From sequence record SRR33789315_92: DNA of 64,000 nt, one strand, 5' to 3'. The notes under the pieces were generated by a model, which had not been told where the DNA came from, ran no database searches, and saw nothing but the letters and a program-made list of their open reading frames with translations. How positions within the stretch are numbered: the stretch's first letter is position 1; each line of letters starts with the position of its first letter. Positions 11,657 to 22,700 of the stretch are shown here, piece by piece. The translations under genes were made by a program, and so were the position numbers.

Positions 11657-13408
11657 TTGTTTTTAAGATTGAAACGAATTTTGAGTAATGTGATGTTATT
11701 CATATTACTCACGAGCTCAACTGCGGTGTGGGCTGCGAATGTCGATGTGAAGGGCATTAAAAATGACAAAGTATTAGCTAACGTTAATGCGCATATAGAC
11801 AGCATAGAACCACCTGTAGCAGATTATCAGTTTGATCAATACCAGATGCAGATAGCTGAAAAGGTCAAGTTAGCTGTTGAAGTATTTGGTTATTATCAAA
11901 CTCAAGTGGTGGTAACTAAGCCCGAGGTGACGGTTAAAAATAGTCGCTGGCAAGTGGCAATCGAGTTAGGCCCAGTAACAACAATAAAGCAGTTAATTGT
12001 AGAAATTGAAGGAGAAGGCGAAAACAACCCTATTATTCAACTTGTTTTAAAAAGTATCCCGCTCACGCTTAATAAAGCTTTACACCATGCAGACTATGAA
12101 ACAAGTAAGTCGCAATTGCAGAATGTGGCCTTGGCTTTAGGTTATTTTGACTTTGTATTTACTGAGCACAATATTAAAGTTTCAGAGTCGGCATTTTCTG
12201 CTGATATCACACTTAAAATGCAAACGGGTAAACGTTATAACTTTGGTGAACTGCGTTTTCCTGAAGATGTGAGAGCCGAGGCACTAGTTCGTGAAACATT
12301 GCCATTTCAAGTTGGAGAACCTTACGATGCCGACAAATTGGCGCTGTTAAATCAACGCTTAAAACAAACACAATATTTCAAACATGTTTTAGTCAGGCCG
12401 TTAGTAACTGAAGCTAGAGATTTTGTGGTGCCTATTGATATTATTCTTACGCATAAACCGCAAGATAATTTTGATTTAGGTGCTGGTATATCTTCTGATA
12501 TTGGGCCTAGATTTACCGCTAAATGGCAACGTCCTTGGGTGAATAAGTATGGTCATTCATTGGGCACTCAGCTGTTTATTTCACAACCTGAACGGTCAAT
12601 TAGTCTTGATTATCGCGTGCCAATTGAAGATCCCGTGCAAAATTATGCGAGCTTTCAAATTGGCTTCCAGTCGCAAGATGACAATGATACTACCAGTGAA
12701 CGCTACACTATGTCGGCCACGCGTAATTGGACGGTGGTTGACTCTGAATGGCAAAGGGCGATGTTTTTACGTTTAGAACAAGAAACCTTTACTCAAGGTT
12801 TAGATGCAGAACAAACAACACGTTTATTAATACCAGGATTTACCTTGAGTCGCTTACGCACTCAAGGCGGTCTTGATGTGTATTGGGGCGATAAACAATC
12901 AATTACTGTTGAGGGCGCGGCTGATGCACTTTTTTCTGATATTAATTTAGTACGGGTAACCGCACAATCAAAATGGCTGCGCAGTTGGAACGAACATCGT
13001 GTTTTATTTCGGGCTGATGTTGGCGGGATAAATACCAACGATTTTGATCAAGTGCCGGCCAGTATGCGTTATTTTGCCGGTGGCGATCAAAGTATTCGAG
13101 GCTTTGGTTACCGTACATTGTCACCCTTTGAACTGGATGAAGAGGGGAAACGACAATTAACGGGGGGACGTTATTTAGCGGTGGGTAGTGTTGAATACAG
13201 TTATCCCGTTGCAGAAAATTGGCGCATGGCGCTATTTTTTGATGCAGGTACTGCCACCAATAAATTTTCTAGTGATTTCGCCAGAGGCATAGGTACAGGG
13301 GTTAATTGGTTAACGCCTGTAGGCCCTGTACGACTTTATGTCGGCCGGGGACATAGTAGTTACGAAAACAGTTGGCGTTTGCACTTTTCTATGGGGCCGG
13401 CGCTATGA
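11657..13408 (+). CDS. tamA: Translocation and assembly module outer-membrane protein TamA
   Basis: POTRA region plus Omp85 barrel (RYFAGGDQSIRGF, TPVGPVR) ending HFSMGPAL; directly upstream of tamB. The exact start is uncertain. Confidence 0.92.
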   Translation: MFLRLKRILSNVMLFILLTSSTAVWAANVDVKGIKNDKVLANVNAHIDSIEPPVADYQFDQYQMQIAEKVKLAVEVFGYYQTQVVVTKPEVTVKNSRWQVAIELGPVTTIKQLIVEIEGEGENNPIIQLVLKSIPLTLNKALHHADYETSKSQLQNVALALGYFDFVFTEHNIKVSESAFSADITLKMQTGKRYNFGELRFPEDVRAEALVRETLPFQVGEPYDADKLALLNQRLKQTQYFKHVLVRPLVTEARDFVVPIDIILTHKPQDNFDLGAGISSDIGPRFTAKWQRPWVNKYGHSLGTQLFISQPERSISLDYRVPIEDPVQNYASFQIGFQSQDDNDTTSERYTMSATRNWTVVDSEWQRAMFLRLEQETFTQGLDAEQTTRLLIPGFTLSRLRTQGGLDVYWGDKQSITVEGAADALFSDINLVRVTAQSKWLRSWNEHRVLFRADVGGINTNDFDQVPASMRYFAGGDQSIRGFGYRTLSPFELDEEGKRQLTGGRYLAVGSVEYSYPVAENWRMALFFDAGTATNKFSSDFARGIGTGVNWLTPVGPVRLYVGRGHSSYENSWRLHFSMGPAL

Positions 13409-16400
13409 AAATAATCAAATGGATAAGCGCTCTGGCGCTTAGTCTTATATTAACGTTAGTACTGTTAAGTGGATTTGTTTTTACCCCATGGGGTACACAG
13501 TTATTACTTAATAGTGCAGATGCCTTACTTGACGAATTAAGCATAGATTACAAAGGCGGTGGCTTGGGTACAGAGCTGCATTTGAACAGGGTGCGATGGC
13601 AACAAGAAAACGTGAAAGCCACCACGCACAATATTGAATTAAACGTCGATTGGTCTTGTGTATGGTCGTTGGCGGTGTGTATTGAGCATATTAAAAGCGG
13701 CAAAATAGAGGTGCTAATAAGCACTCAAGCGGATAATGAGGCTACATCAACAAACCCCGACCCGATTATTTTACCCTTTGATTTGCGAATAGAAAACCTA
13801 AATTTAGGTGAACTCAATTTAAGTATAAAAGACCAATTAAGCGTTTCTTGGAAAAAGTTAGATAGTCGTTTTTCTTTTGGGCAGATTTTAGACGTGTCAT
13901 CACTTAAAGTAAGCTTACTGCAAGTCGACATGTTGTCATCAGAGCCCTCAGCACCTGTTGACTCTATTGATTGGTCAACCTGGCAATATCAGGGAATTAA
14001 GCAGCTACCCATCAATTTACCTTTAGTGTTCAACATGGCTAAGCTTGAAATTAGCCCCTTTAAGCTCAGTACAAACGGACAAGAAAGCTTACTGTTAGCT
14101 TCACTCTCTGCGTCAGCTAAAGCAGATCATAAGACACTCAGCTTGAGGCAATTAAAACTACGCCATGACTTAGCCGATATTTCTGCCTCGGCTGAAGTTG
14201 GACTGACAGGCAACCTGCAACATGAGCTGAATGTGAAGGCGCAATATTCTGCTCCCCAAGGTGGCGTGGTTAAACTTGTTTTGTCGTCGTCGGGTAATTT
14301 GCAGCAACTAAGCGCGGATGCTCAAGTGACTGGCTTATTAACAGCAAGCCTAAAGGTTAAGGCTGAACTGGCCTCTAATAATCTTCCTTTGGACGTGAAT
14401 TTGTCTTGGAAAAATTTAAATTGGCCGCTGACCAACAAAGCTGCTTTACCGCCAGACTTTCAGTCAGCTAACGGTGAATTGAATATGTCAGGCAACCTTG
14501 ATGGCATGCAGCTCAAAGGGCAGGGTAAGTTATCGGGGCAGGTGATTGCAGATACTACGTTTAATGTGCAGGCCAGTGCTGATCGCAAACAACTTTTACT
14601 TGATGCATTAACCCTAAATACCCTTAATGGAAAAGTCATAGCTAAAGGCAGTGTTAATTTTTCCTCCAGTATAGAAATCATGACTAGCCTAGATTTACAG
14701 CATATTAATCCCGGTGTTTTAGTGCCTGAATACCAAGCGGACATCAACGGACAGTTACAAGCTAAAGTGTCAAATTCAACAGGGCAATGGCAAGCTAAAT
14801 TAAGCGAATTAAACATCAATGGCATGTGGCGAGATTTTCCACTGCATATAAACGGCAACGCCGAGCTTGATGAAACAAGTAAAGTTGCCCTTAAGCAATT
14901 TAGTATCAAAAATGGTGACAATAGTGTGGAGCTTAATGGGCATTTAAATGCTGATCACAGTGTAGACTTTACTGCGCAAGTTAATGCACCAAGCATTGAA
15001 CAGAGTGTGGCTAACGTACAGGGCAGCCTCACGGCAACCGTACAGTTATCTGGTACTCTTGCAGAACCGGCCTTGCAATATAGTTTGAGCGGTAAAAGTA
15101 TTGCCTTTGCTGATATTCATATTCAAGGCTTAGATGGCAAAGGCCAGCTGTTGTGGGATGATATTAAACCCGTTTCGCTCGAATTAAATGTACAACAAAT
15201 CATAGGTGTAAATAATCAGATTGATGAAGCCAAACTTAGTTTGACGGGTAATGCGGCTGCCCATGAACTGCTACTTGATACCACTAGCAATAAAACTAAT
15301 TTACTGGCTAAAATACAAGGTTCACTGCAATCATCTACTTGGCAAGGCCATTGGCTTGAAGGTCAAGTTGAGTCTACGTATGCCTCACTGAAGTTGGCCG
15401 AACCTTTTACAATTTCAGCCGATTGGCAAAATCAAGACTATTCAATTTCATCCCATTGTTGGCAACAAGCCAATAGTGATTTATGTATTAAGCAAGCCAG
15501 TTTTAAAGATAAACAAGCGCATTGGGATGTTGAGTTACATGACTTAAACTTGATCCCTTTACTGCAACGTATTATTCCTTCCTTCCCGCCAGTTGAATCG
15601 AATAGTCAATTAAGCATGCAGCTAAAAGGTGATTGGCGAATGGATGAGCTGCCTCAAGCTCAAATTCACGCAAGTTTAAGCCCTGCCGCATGGCGCTTTA
15701 AAGATAAAAAAACACTGTCGCTCGACATCAATGAATTTCTATTAGATGCACAAATTTCAGCACAAAATATCAGTGCTCAAGCAAGCCTTTCTGGGCCACA
15801 AATCGGCTTGCTGTCGCTCAATCTTAAGGGGCAAGCCGGTAATTTTAGTGAACAGCTTGAACGGCCAATTAGCGGAGAGTTAAGTTTAAGTAAAATTAAC
15901 CTAGCGCCATTTCGTGTATTGCTACCTCAATTTAATAAGTTTGAAGGGAAACTGGCCGGCGAAGTGCAGATCAGCGGCACCCTACAAGAGCCTTTGGTGC
16001 ACGGTTCAATCACCCTGAATGAAGGTGCCTTACAAGGCAAAGATGTACCACTGATCATCAGTGGTGTTAGTCAAAAATTAGAGTTACAAGGTGATAAAGC
16101 CGCACTCAGTGGCAGCTATTTACTGGGTAAAGGCAAAGGTACCTTAAGTGGTAACCTAACCTGGCGCCCTGAGTTGAATGGTCAAATAAATGTTGCTGGG
16201 CAAAACTTAGAGCTAGATTATCAAAGTATGTTGCGGGCGCAAGTGAGTCCTAATATTGATATACAGTTTTCACCCGATGTTGTGAGAGTGCGGGGGGAAT
16301 TAATTGTACCTTACGCACGTTTTAAATTGCGCTCGCTGCCGCAAGGCACGGTTTCACCCTCTAAAGATGTGATATTGGTTGAGCAACAAACTGAAAATAC

Positions 16401-17178
16401 TCAAATTGAACAATTAATTGATATGAATGTTTTGGTCTCGGTCGACCCTAGTTTAAGCAATAACGTTAAATTAGATGCTTTCGGTTTGACCACCGATCTA
16501 CGCGGAAAAATGCAATTAGAAAACAGTAAGTTAGGCATGGTTGCTAACGGTGAAGTACAGTTGGTTAACGGGCGTTACCGTGCTTATGGGCAAAATTTAA
16601 TTATTCGTGAAGGAGACATTAATTTTAATGGTCCCCTAGACAGGCCTTTTTTAAATATCGAAGCGGTTCGTGATCCTAAGCTGACAGCCGATGATGTGGT
16701 AGCCGGTATCCGTGTTGCTGGTAGTGCAGATAATCCAAAAGTTGAGGTGTTTTCTGAACCGACAATGGAGCAGCAACAAAGTTTATCTTACATGCTCACT
16801 GGGCACGGGTTAGGCCAATCTAGCGGTGATAGTCAAGAAACCGTATTAACCAATATGTTGCTTGGCTTTGGCTTAGGACAAAGCGAAAATATGGTGAGTA
16901 ATATAGGTCAAAAATTAGGTTTTAAAGATGTTAATTTAGACACCAGCGGTCAAGGAAGTACTACCCAACTCTCAGTTTCAGGTTATGTCGCACCCGGTGT
17001 GCAGTTACGTTACGGTATTGGCGTTTTTGACTCCCTATCAGAGGTTGCCATTCGTTACGAACTATTACCTCAGCTCTATATAGAAGCGGTGAGTGGCCTA
17101 AGTAACGCGATTGATATTTATTATAGTTTTAGTGTTGAGGGGAGCAGTAATCAAGCAGTTAAAGATAAAAGTAATTGA
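13405..17178 (+). CDS. tamB: Translocation and assembly module TamB
   Basis: N-terminal TM anchor and C-terminal DUF490 (GRYRAYGQNL, SGYVAPGVQLRYGIGVF). ATG at 13405 overlaps the tamA stop (ATGA). Confidence 0.92.
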   Translation: MKIIKWISALALSLILTLVLLSGFVFTPWGTQLLLNSADALLDELSIDYKGGGLGTELHLNRVRWQQENVKATTHNIELNVDWSCVWSLAVCIEHIKSGKIEVLISTQADNEATSTNPDPIILPFDLRIENLNLGELNLSIKDQLSVSWKKLDSRFSFGQILDVSSLKVSLLQVDMLSSEPSAPVDSIDWSTWQYQGIKQLPINLPLVFNMAKLEISPFKLSTNGQESLLLASLSASAKADHKTLSLRQLKLRHDLADISASAEVGLTGNLQHELNVKAQYSAPQGGVVKLVLSSSGNLQQLSADAQVTGLLTASLKVKAELASNNLPLDVNLSWKNLNWPLTNKAALPPDFQSANGELNMSGNLDGMQLKGQGKLSGQVIADTTFNVQASADRKQLLLDALTLNTLNGKVIAKGSVNFSSSIEIMTSLDLQHINPGVLVPEYQADINGQLQAKVSNSTGQWQAKLSELNINGMWRDFPLHINGNAELDETSKVALKQFSIKNGDNSVELNGHLNADHSVDFTAQVNAPSIEQSVANVQGSLTATVQLSGTLAEPALQYSLSGKSIAFADIHIQGLDGKGQLLWDDIKPVSLELNVQQIIGVNNQIDEAKLSLTGNAAAHELLLDTTSNKTNLLAKIQGSLQSSTWQGHWLEGQVESTYASLKLAEPFTISADWQNQDYSISSHCWQQANSDLCIKQASFKDKQAHWDVELHDLNLIPLLQRIIPSFPPVESNSQLSMQLKGDWRMDELPQAQIHASLSPAAWRFKDKKTLSLDINEFLLDAQISAQNISAQASLSGPQIGLLSLNLKGQAGNFSEQLERPISGELSLSKINLAPFRVLLPQFNKFEGKLAGEVQISGTLQEPLVHGSITLNEGALQGKDVPLIISGVSQKLELQGDKAALSGSYLLGKGKGTLSGNLTWRPELNGQINVAGQNLELDYQSMLRAQVSPNIDIQFSPDVVRVRGELIVPYARFKLRSLPQGTVSPSKDVILVEQQTENTQIEQLIDMNVLVSVDPSLSNNVKLDAFGLTTDLRGKMQLENSKLGMVANGEVQLVNGRYRAYGQNLIIREGDINFNGPLDRPFLNIEAVRDPKLTADDVVAGIRVAGSADNPKVEVFSEPTMEQQQSLSYMLTGHGLGQSSGDSQETVLTNMLLGFGLGQSENMVSNIGQKLGFKDVNLDTSGQGSTTQLSVSGYVAPGVQLRYGIGVFDSLSEVAIRYELLPQLYIEAVSGLSNAIDIYYSFSVEGSSNQAVKDKSN

Positions 17179-17510
17179 TATCAGTTCAGGGCTAAAGATA
17201 CGTGATGTTGAGTGCTAAGTCTGATTACCAAAATGAAGTATGTTAGCCTTAATTATGGCTGACAAAGCCTGCTCACGCCTCATACCTTGTTAATCGGTTG
17301 CAATTCAGATATCCAAACTTTTACTCTAATATTAGCCTCATCTAAGCGTTTGAATTGCTTTGAATTAAATATTCGATTTTATTGGTCGATAGCGTTTTTT
17401 ACTTTAAAATGTCACGATATTAACGGCTAGTTGAAATTTTTCTATTTTATTTACTTTATGAAAAAGTAACTCGGGAAGATGTTAATAGTATTTATTTTTT
17501 AAATATTAGA

Positions 17511-17537
17511 TAAAGTTTTCAAATATGTTGTCGATAT
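17511..17537 (+). promoter_or_regulatory. Sigma28 (FliA)-type promoter
   Basis: TAAAGTTT-N11-GTCGATAT compared with the consensus TAAAGTTT-N11-GCCGATAA; about 136 bp upstream of the pilin-like gene. Confidence 0.7.
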
Positions 17538-17616
17538 ACTTGTTGAGAATTAACAAATTGTTAGTTTTACATTAATTTAAGTCAGTTTCTGATCCGTAGC
17601 ACTTTAAGTTACGTGT

Positions 17617-17633
17617 TTGGCAACCTTATTGAA
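17617..17633 (+). promoter_or_regulatory. Sigma54-like -24/-12 element (variant)
   Basis: TTGGCAACCTTATTGAA (GG-N10-GA; -12 is TTGA rather than TTGC), 40 bp before the start. Confidence 0.45.
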
Positions 17634-17673
17634 TAATTAAAAAGCGCAGTAGTGCTGCATTGAGGAATTAATT

Positions 17674-18279
17674 TTGAAAATACATTCTATTACGCGAGCT
17701 TTAGCTGTCTGTGCATTGGTTACAACAGCTCTAGGTTCTACGTTGAAGATCAATGCTGCTACATTAAGCACTGGCGTTGGGTTTGTTACCGTTCAGGATC
17801 TCGTTATTACTCAGTCTAATGCCCTTAGTTTTGGTCAAAGCGTCATCGGAAAAGCGTCTACAAGTTGTGTATTGGCTGTTACAGTTTACGGTGGTGCTAC
17901 TACAACCGCTGCTGCGGCGACTGCTGCCATTAATGATAACATTACTGGAGTTGGCTGCATTCCTGTTGCAGGGGCCCTAACCAATAATTTGGCTGGTGTG
18001 TATGGTATTACAGGGGCTACTAGTCAAGCTTTTAACGTTACCGTAAAATCAGCGACAAATGCTGACTTTAGTTTCACTCCTACTGCAAAAGTAGGTAATG
18101 TAGCTGCTGGACTTTCTGCTGCTGGTAATGTTGTATTTGCCGATACATCACAGGCTACGACGACTGATTCTGCGGGTTTAGCTATGGTTGTTGTAGCGGG
18201 CACCATTACAATAGGTTCAGCTAATTTGGTAGCAAATACACCCTACTCACAAAATTTTGATATTGTGGCAACATATTAG
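17674..18279 (+). CDS. DUF4402-like secreted protein, putative major pilin
   Basis: Signal peptide, Ala/Thr/Gly-rich, LSFG motif, a Cys pair and a C-terminal G-x-I-x-I..Y...F-x-I-x-x-x-Y pattern. First gene of a chaperone/usher-like cluster; RBS GAGGA with TTG start. Confidence 0.7.
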   Translation: MKIHSITRALAVCALVTTALGSTLKINAATLSTGVGFVTVQDLVITQSNALSFGQSVIGKASTSCVLAVTVYGGATTTAAAATAAINDNITGVGCIPVAGALTNNLAGVYGITGATSQAFNVTVKSATNADFSFTPTAKVGNVAAGLSAAGNVVFADTSQATTTDSAGLAMVVVAGTITIGSANLVANTPYSQNFDIVATY

Positions 18280-18325
18280 CATTGACATAGTGGCTGTAAC
18301 CTTCAGCCCTTTAGCTGCATTAACG

Positions 18326-18363
18326 AAGACTAAAGACGTGGAATACATGTATTTGGTCTTTTT
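18326..18363 (+). terminator. Hairpin with U-tract after the pilin-like gene
   Basis: AAGACTAAAGACGTG-gaata-CATGTATTTGGTCTT followed by TTT (imperfect stem). Confidence 0.5.
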
Positions 18364-18522
18364 CGCATAAGTTTAGCCTGATAAATGTGCATCACGCTGG
18401 TGCGGTTTTATGCCACGCGATGGTGATCCTAATATATATAGGCGGGAAAGCATTTATTACTGCATTACCGCGGTAAATGTTGCCACTTAGTGGCCACGTC
18501 AAGTAATCCGCTAACAATAAAT

Positions 18523-18539
18523 TTGGCATGATTTAAGCT
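18523..18539 (+). promoter_or_regulatory. Sigma54 -24/-12 promoter
   Basis: TTGGCATGATTTAAGCT (GG-N10-GC), about 55 bp upstream of the chaperone ATG. Confidence 0.6.
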
Positions 18540-18594
18540 AAATATTAACTTCACAAAATAATACACCTCTAATTTTTAGTTAGGAGAATATCTT

Positions 18595-19368
18595 ATGTAT
18601 TCGTTTCGTTTATTAGGCAACGCTTTAATAGTTAGTAGCTTATTTTATGTGTCGTTTTTTAGTTCTGCCGCCTCGCAAATCCACTTTACAGAATACAAAA
18701 TATTACTCACTGAAAAAGACAGCTCATCTGAATATAGAATATTTAATCAGGGCGATTCTGCCGCTTTATGCAGCACTTCATTTATCGACTATATGATTGC
18801 CCCTGATGGAAAATTGACTCCGCCAGAAGAAGGGCAATTACCTACAAATAGTGCCAAAGCCATGCTTAGAGCTTCACCTAGTCGAGTTGTTATAGACGCT
18901 AACGGTGCGCAAAAATTAAAGGTAATAGCTCGAGGTGTTAGTAAAAAGTCTGACGGAGAATGGCATAGTTATCTCAATTTAAGATGTAAAGATGCTGACG
19001 TTAATTTACAAAATGGTATTAATATTATCCCCAACTTTGTTTTTAATATTCCTGTGACCATCAGAAAAGGGCAACTTACTGCCAGCGTTGAAATTTCTCA
19101 GGCTAAACTGATTAGCCACGCAGAAAGTGTCTGGGTCGAGTTGATGTTAAATCGGCGTGGTACTCGTTCTTTATATGGTGATTTTAATATTTTTGAAGAG
19201 TCAGGTGAACTGCTCGGTCAGTTAAAAGGGGTGGCTCTTTATGTACAATCTAGCTCTGTACCGTTCAAGATAATGCTCAGTAAAAGACCAATCGGTAAAC
19301 TAAACATTACATTTAAAGAAGATAGTCGTTTTGGTGGGGAGCAGTCTGCTACTATCATGATTAACTAA
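18595..19368 (+). CDS. PapD-like periplasmic pilus chaperone
   Basis: Signal peptide; N-x-G, LRASPSRVVI...QKLKV, GEWHSYL, IPVTIRKG and RRGTRSLYGD motifs of PapD-like chaperones. Confidence 0.78.
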   Translation: MYSFRLLGNALIVSSLFYVSFFSSAASQIHFTEYKILLTEKDSSSEYRIFNQGDSAALCSTSFIDYMIAPDGKLTPPEEGQLPTNSAKAMLRASPSRVVIDANGAQKLKVIARGVSKKSDGEWHSYLNLRCKDADVNLQNGINIIPNFVFNIPVTIRKGQLTASVEISQAKLISHAESVWVELMLNRRGTRSLYGDFNIFEESGELLGQLKGVALYVQSSSVPFKIMLSKRPIGKLNITFKEDSRFGGEQSATIMIN

Positions 19369-19631
19369 CTACAATACTAAAGATATTTTAACTACAGCTC
19401 AGTGCTACATGGATGGAAAGGGGCCATTGCGAGCTTTGAAGGTGACTTAGTTGTAAAACTGGGGGTGCCAAAGGGGGTCTACCTTTCCACGTTAAGCAAT
19501 GGTTGCTAAGCGAGAAGTTACAAGGTCATTGAGTTATCAATTCCTCTGTGTGATTAATTCAAATCAAATCAAATCAACGATTTTACGGCCAGTATTTTAA
19601 AGTGGTTGAGATCTACCCTATAAATTCTCTC

Positions 19632-19648
19632 TTGGTATATTCTTTGCT
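19632..19648 (+). promoter_or_regulatory. Sigma54 -24/-12 promoter
   Basis: TTGGTATATTCTTTGCT (GG-N10-GC). A second variant, CTGGCACGAGTATTACA, lies at 19694-19710. Confidence 0.6.
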
Positions 19649-19785
19649 TTATTTAACCCTACACTCAATAAATTCAGAGCTTACGCTATTTTTCTGGCAC
19701 GAGTATTACAACCAGATAATTATTGTAGGATAGGCAGATACTTACAGTAAACATTAGGTTTGGCTGCTCCGGATAGGTAAATTAT

Positions 19786-22700
19786 ATGCTGTTTGAAATC
19801 CGCTGGCTGACTTTTTTGGGATTGTTTGTGAGTTTATTACTTACATGGCAATCTAAGGCCGATACGCTTCAATTAAAATCGACGTCTGTTGACTTTGAGA
19901 TCTATGACGTGTTTTTAGATGATGGATTGTTGTTGTTTGAAAGTACTGATGTGTATATATATGAAGGCAAGGTTTTATTGCCGTTTAATACTTTAATATC
20001 AGCACTTGAAATAAACCTCAGTTACGATCATCGACAACAGCGTTTTACTGGCCGACTAAATTCTAAGGATGTTGACGTATCACTGCTTAACCTTGTTGAG
20101 GCTATCAAATGGCCAGTAGTTGTTGTAGATGAAAAAGAACAGATTTTTATTGATTCTCAGACTTTCGGATTTTTAATTGACGCAGAAGTATCGGTTGAGA
20201 GTAAGGAGCTTAAACTTGTATTAAAAAGCAAAACCGAGTCATTCCCACTGCAAGTTCGTATCGCCCGTATTAATCGAAAGGTTGTAGCACCAAACGAGTC
20301 AATGTTAGACAATTATGATTTCATAATCGACGATCAGTACCGACTGTTAACTCCCTTTAGTGGCAATGTTAGTTTTGCACTCACCGCCAATGAAACTGAA
20401 CAAGACTATAATATTAATGTTAATACCTATAATGACCTATTTTATCACTCTGCTAACCTAAGTTTAGCGAAAAACACTGAGGGTGAGTTGACGAAACGCT
20501 TAACACTTTCCCGCGAAACAGCCAACCCCACGGAAAAGTTTATAGGCGGCATAAACCGTTATTCGTTCGGAGATGTATCCTCGTCTAACAATAGGAGTAA
20601 CTCTTCTTTTTCGGGTACTGGTTTTGTATTTAGTAGCTTTGAAAATCGTTATAGCAGTCATTTTGGTAAAGTCACGATTGATGAATATGTGACTGCCAAC
20701 TGGTCGGTAGAACTCTACAGGGACGGTTTTTTAATTGATACCGGGGTTGCGGGGGCGGATGGACACATTGTCTTCAATAATATTGATGTAAATTATGGCA
20801 GTAATCGTTTTGAAATAAAAACCTATGGGGATTTTGGCGAAAAACAAAATATTATTCGTGAAGTGTTGGTGGGGCAAAATCTACTCAGGCCAGGAAAGTT
20901 TCAGTATGCTGGTGGCGTTGTTGATACCACCCATTCACTGCTTAATGATAATGGCATATTCAATGCCAGAGGTAATTACAGCCCTGCGGTGTTTTTTCAA
21001 AGTGAATATGGTCTTAACCAAACGACCAGTTTGGGCCTGTCGGTTTTTGTAGACAGCGATCAGGCAACCGATATATCAACAAAAAAAGCGATAATTTCCG
21101 TCACTCACCAACTTTCAAATGCACTATTAGATATTAATTTTGAGGCTAATGACAACAATAGCTATCAGTTAGATGGCAACCTTATTGGTAGTTTGAGTAC
21201 ATGGACCCGTTATAATCTTGGTATAAACTATAACAACAGTAAGGATAGTGCGATTGGCAATGGACAAACACAAGCTGAAAAAGTTGGAATTCGCGGCAAT
21301 ATTAGCGGTCGAGTAGGACTACTAACGTATGGCTTTAGTGGCAGCATTGACAGTGATCAACAAACGTTGGGCGCTAATATAATAGAAAATCGACGAGAGA
21401 CACTGAGTAACACCCTGTCGTGGCGTTATAATAACTTTAATATTAACAACCAATTGAGTTATAGCAATTTTAACCTTGATAATGGTGTAAGTGAAATAGG
21501 GGCTAGTGCAACTATCAATCAAATTTCTGTGTCTAGTGCTTTAAGTCATTCTGTTTATTTACGTTCTACTGGTAAATTTAATCTCAGCGACAATGGTGAT
21601 CCGTTTAGGTCTATTGATGCTAATCTAAATTGGAATGTATCAAATAAATTAAATATTAATACCAGTGCCGAATATTTCAAAAATGGTAATTTTAAAGTAT
21701 CAAGTTATACCAACTGGCAACGTGATGATTACAATTTGACCTTTGGTGCTAATTTTTCTAATGATGATCGCTGGCAACTAAGCTTAGGAGTCAGTTTTGG
21801 CCTCGATTATGACTACTATCAGAACAAGCTAAATTTGACTAGTGAGTACGGGGCTGCATCGGGTACATTAGATTTGTTGACTTATATCGACAACAATAAA
21901 AATGCTGTTTATGACGAGTATGATGAGGCTCTAGAAAATGTAGGATTTGGCTCTTCATCCTACTGGCGCAATAATTTTACAAATAAAAATGGCAATGCTT
22001 ATTTACCTGGGGTCAGTACACGCACACCAATTAAAGTGTATTTTGATACTAGCAACACTCGGGCGCCTAACCTTAAACCTGTTCATGACAACTTTGTGTT
22101 TTACACCCATCCTGGGGGTATTACTAGCTTAGATGTCCCCATGAATTATGGTGCAGACCTGCAAGGTCAAATTGTCATGGGGGATTCTGATAGAGGACTT
22201 TCTGTTAGGTTAATCCCAATACAGTTGCTGAATAAACAAGGTGATATCATCAAGGAAACCATAACAGACATAGATAATTTTTATGCTTTTAGTGACTTAT
22301 GGCCAGGGCAGTATCAAATGAGAATTGAGCCTGAGTTTCTAAGTGATAAGTCATTAACTTCGGTTCCAGAGACTATGGCCTTGCAATTAACGGGGGCTGA
22401 TGATTTTGTAAATGTGGCTGATTTTATTCTAAATTATATTGATGCAATAGATGTCAATATTGAAAATAATAGTAGCGCAGGCACTGAAGTAAACGTCAGC
22501 TCTATGCTTGGTGAAGTGATACCCTATTCAAATGTTAACCCAAGACAAAGTTCAAATATGCAGGAGTTGAGCGTAGCTCCTAGTTATTACTATAGTATTC
22601 AATTGGGCGCCTACTCAGACAGTGAGAATTGTATTATTAGAGTCAATGAATTGAAAATAGGCGGCATGGATAATCCCTACTACCAAACAGATAATCGTTT

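Noticed and set aside
13372-13404. Longer TTG start for tamB given in the ORF track
   Set aside because: ATG at 13405 overlaps the tamA stop (ATGA coupling) and gives a typical MKIIKW-TM N-terminus.
17179-17673. c-di-GMP or other riboswitch in the long leader of the pilin-like gene
   Set aside because: I could not identify GEMM-type conserved elements by eye. The region is explained by promoter motifs; an Rfam scan would settle it.
19560-19577. (CAAAT)3 as a phase-variation tract
   Set aside because: Only about three units, intergenic and outside the promoter core; expected by chance in AT-rich DNA.
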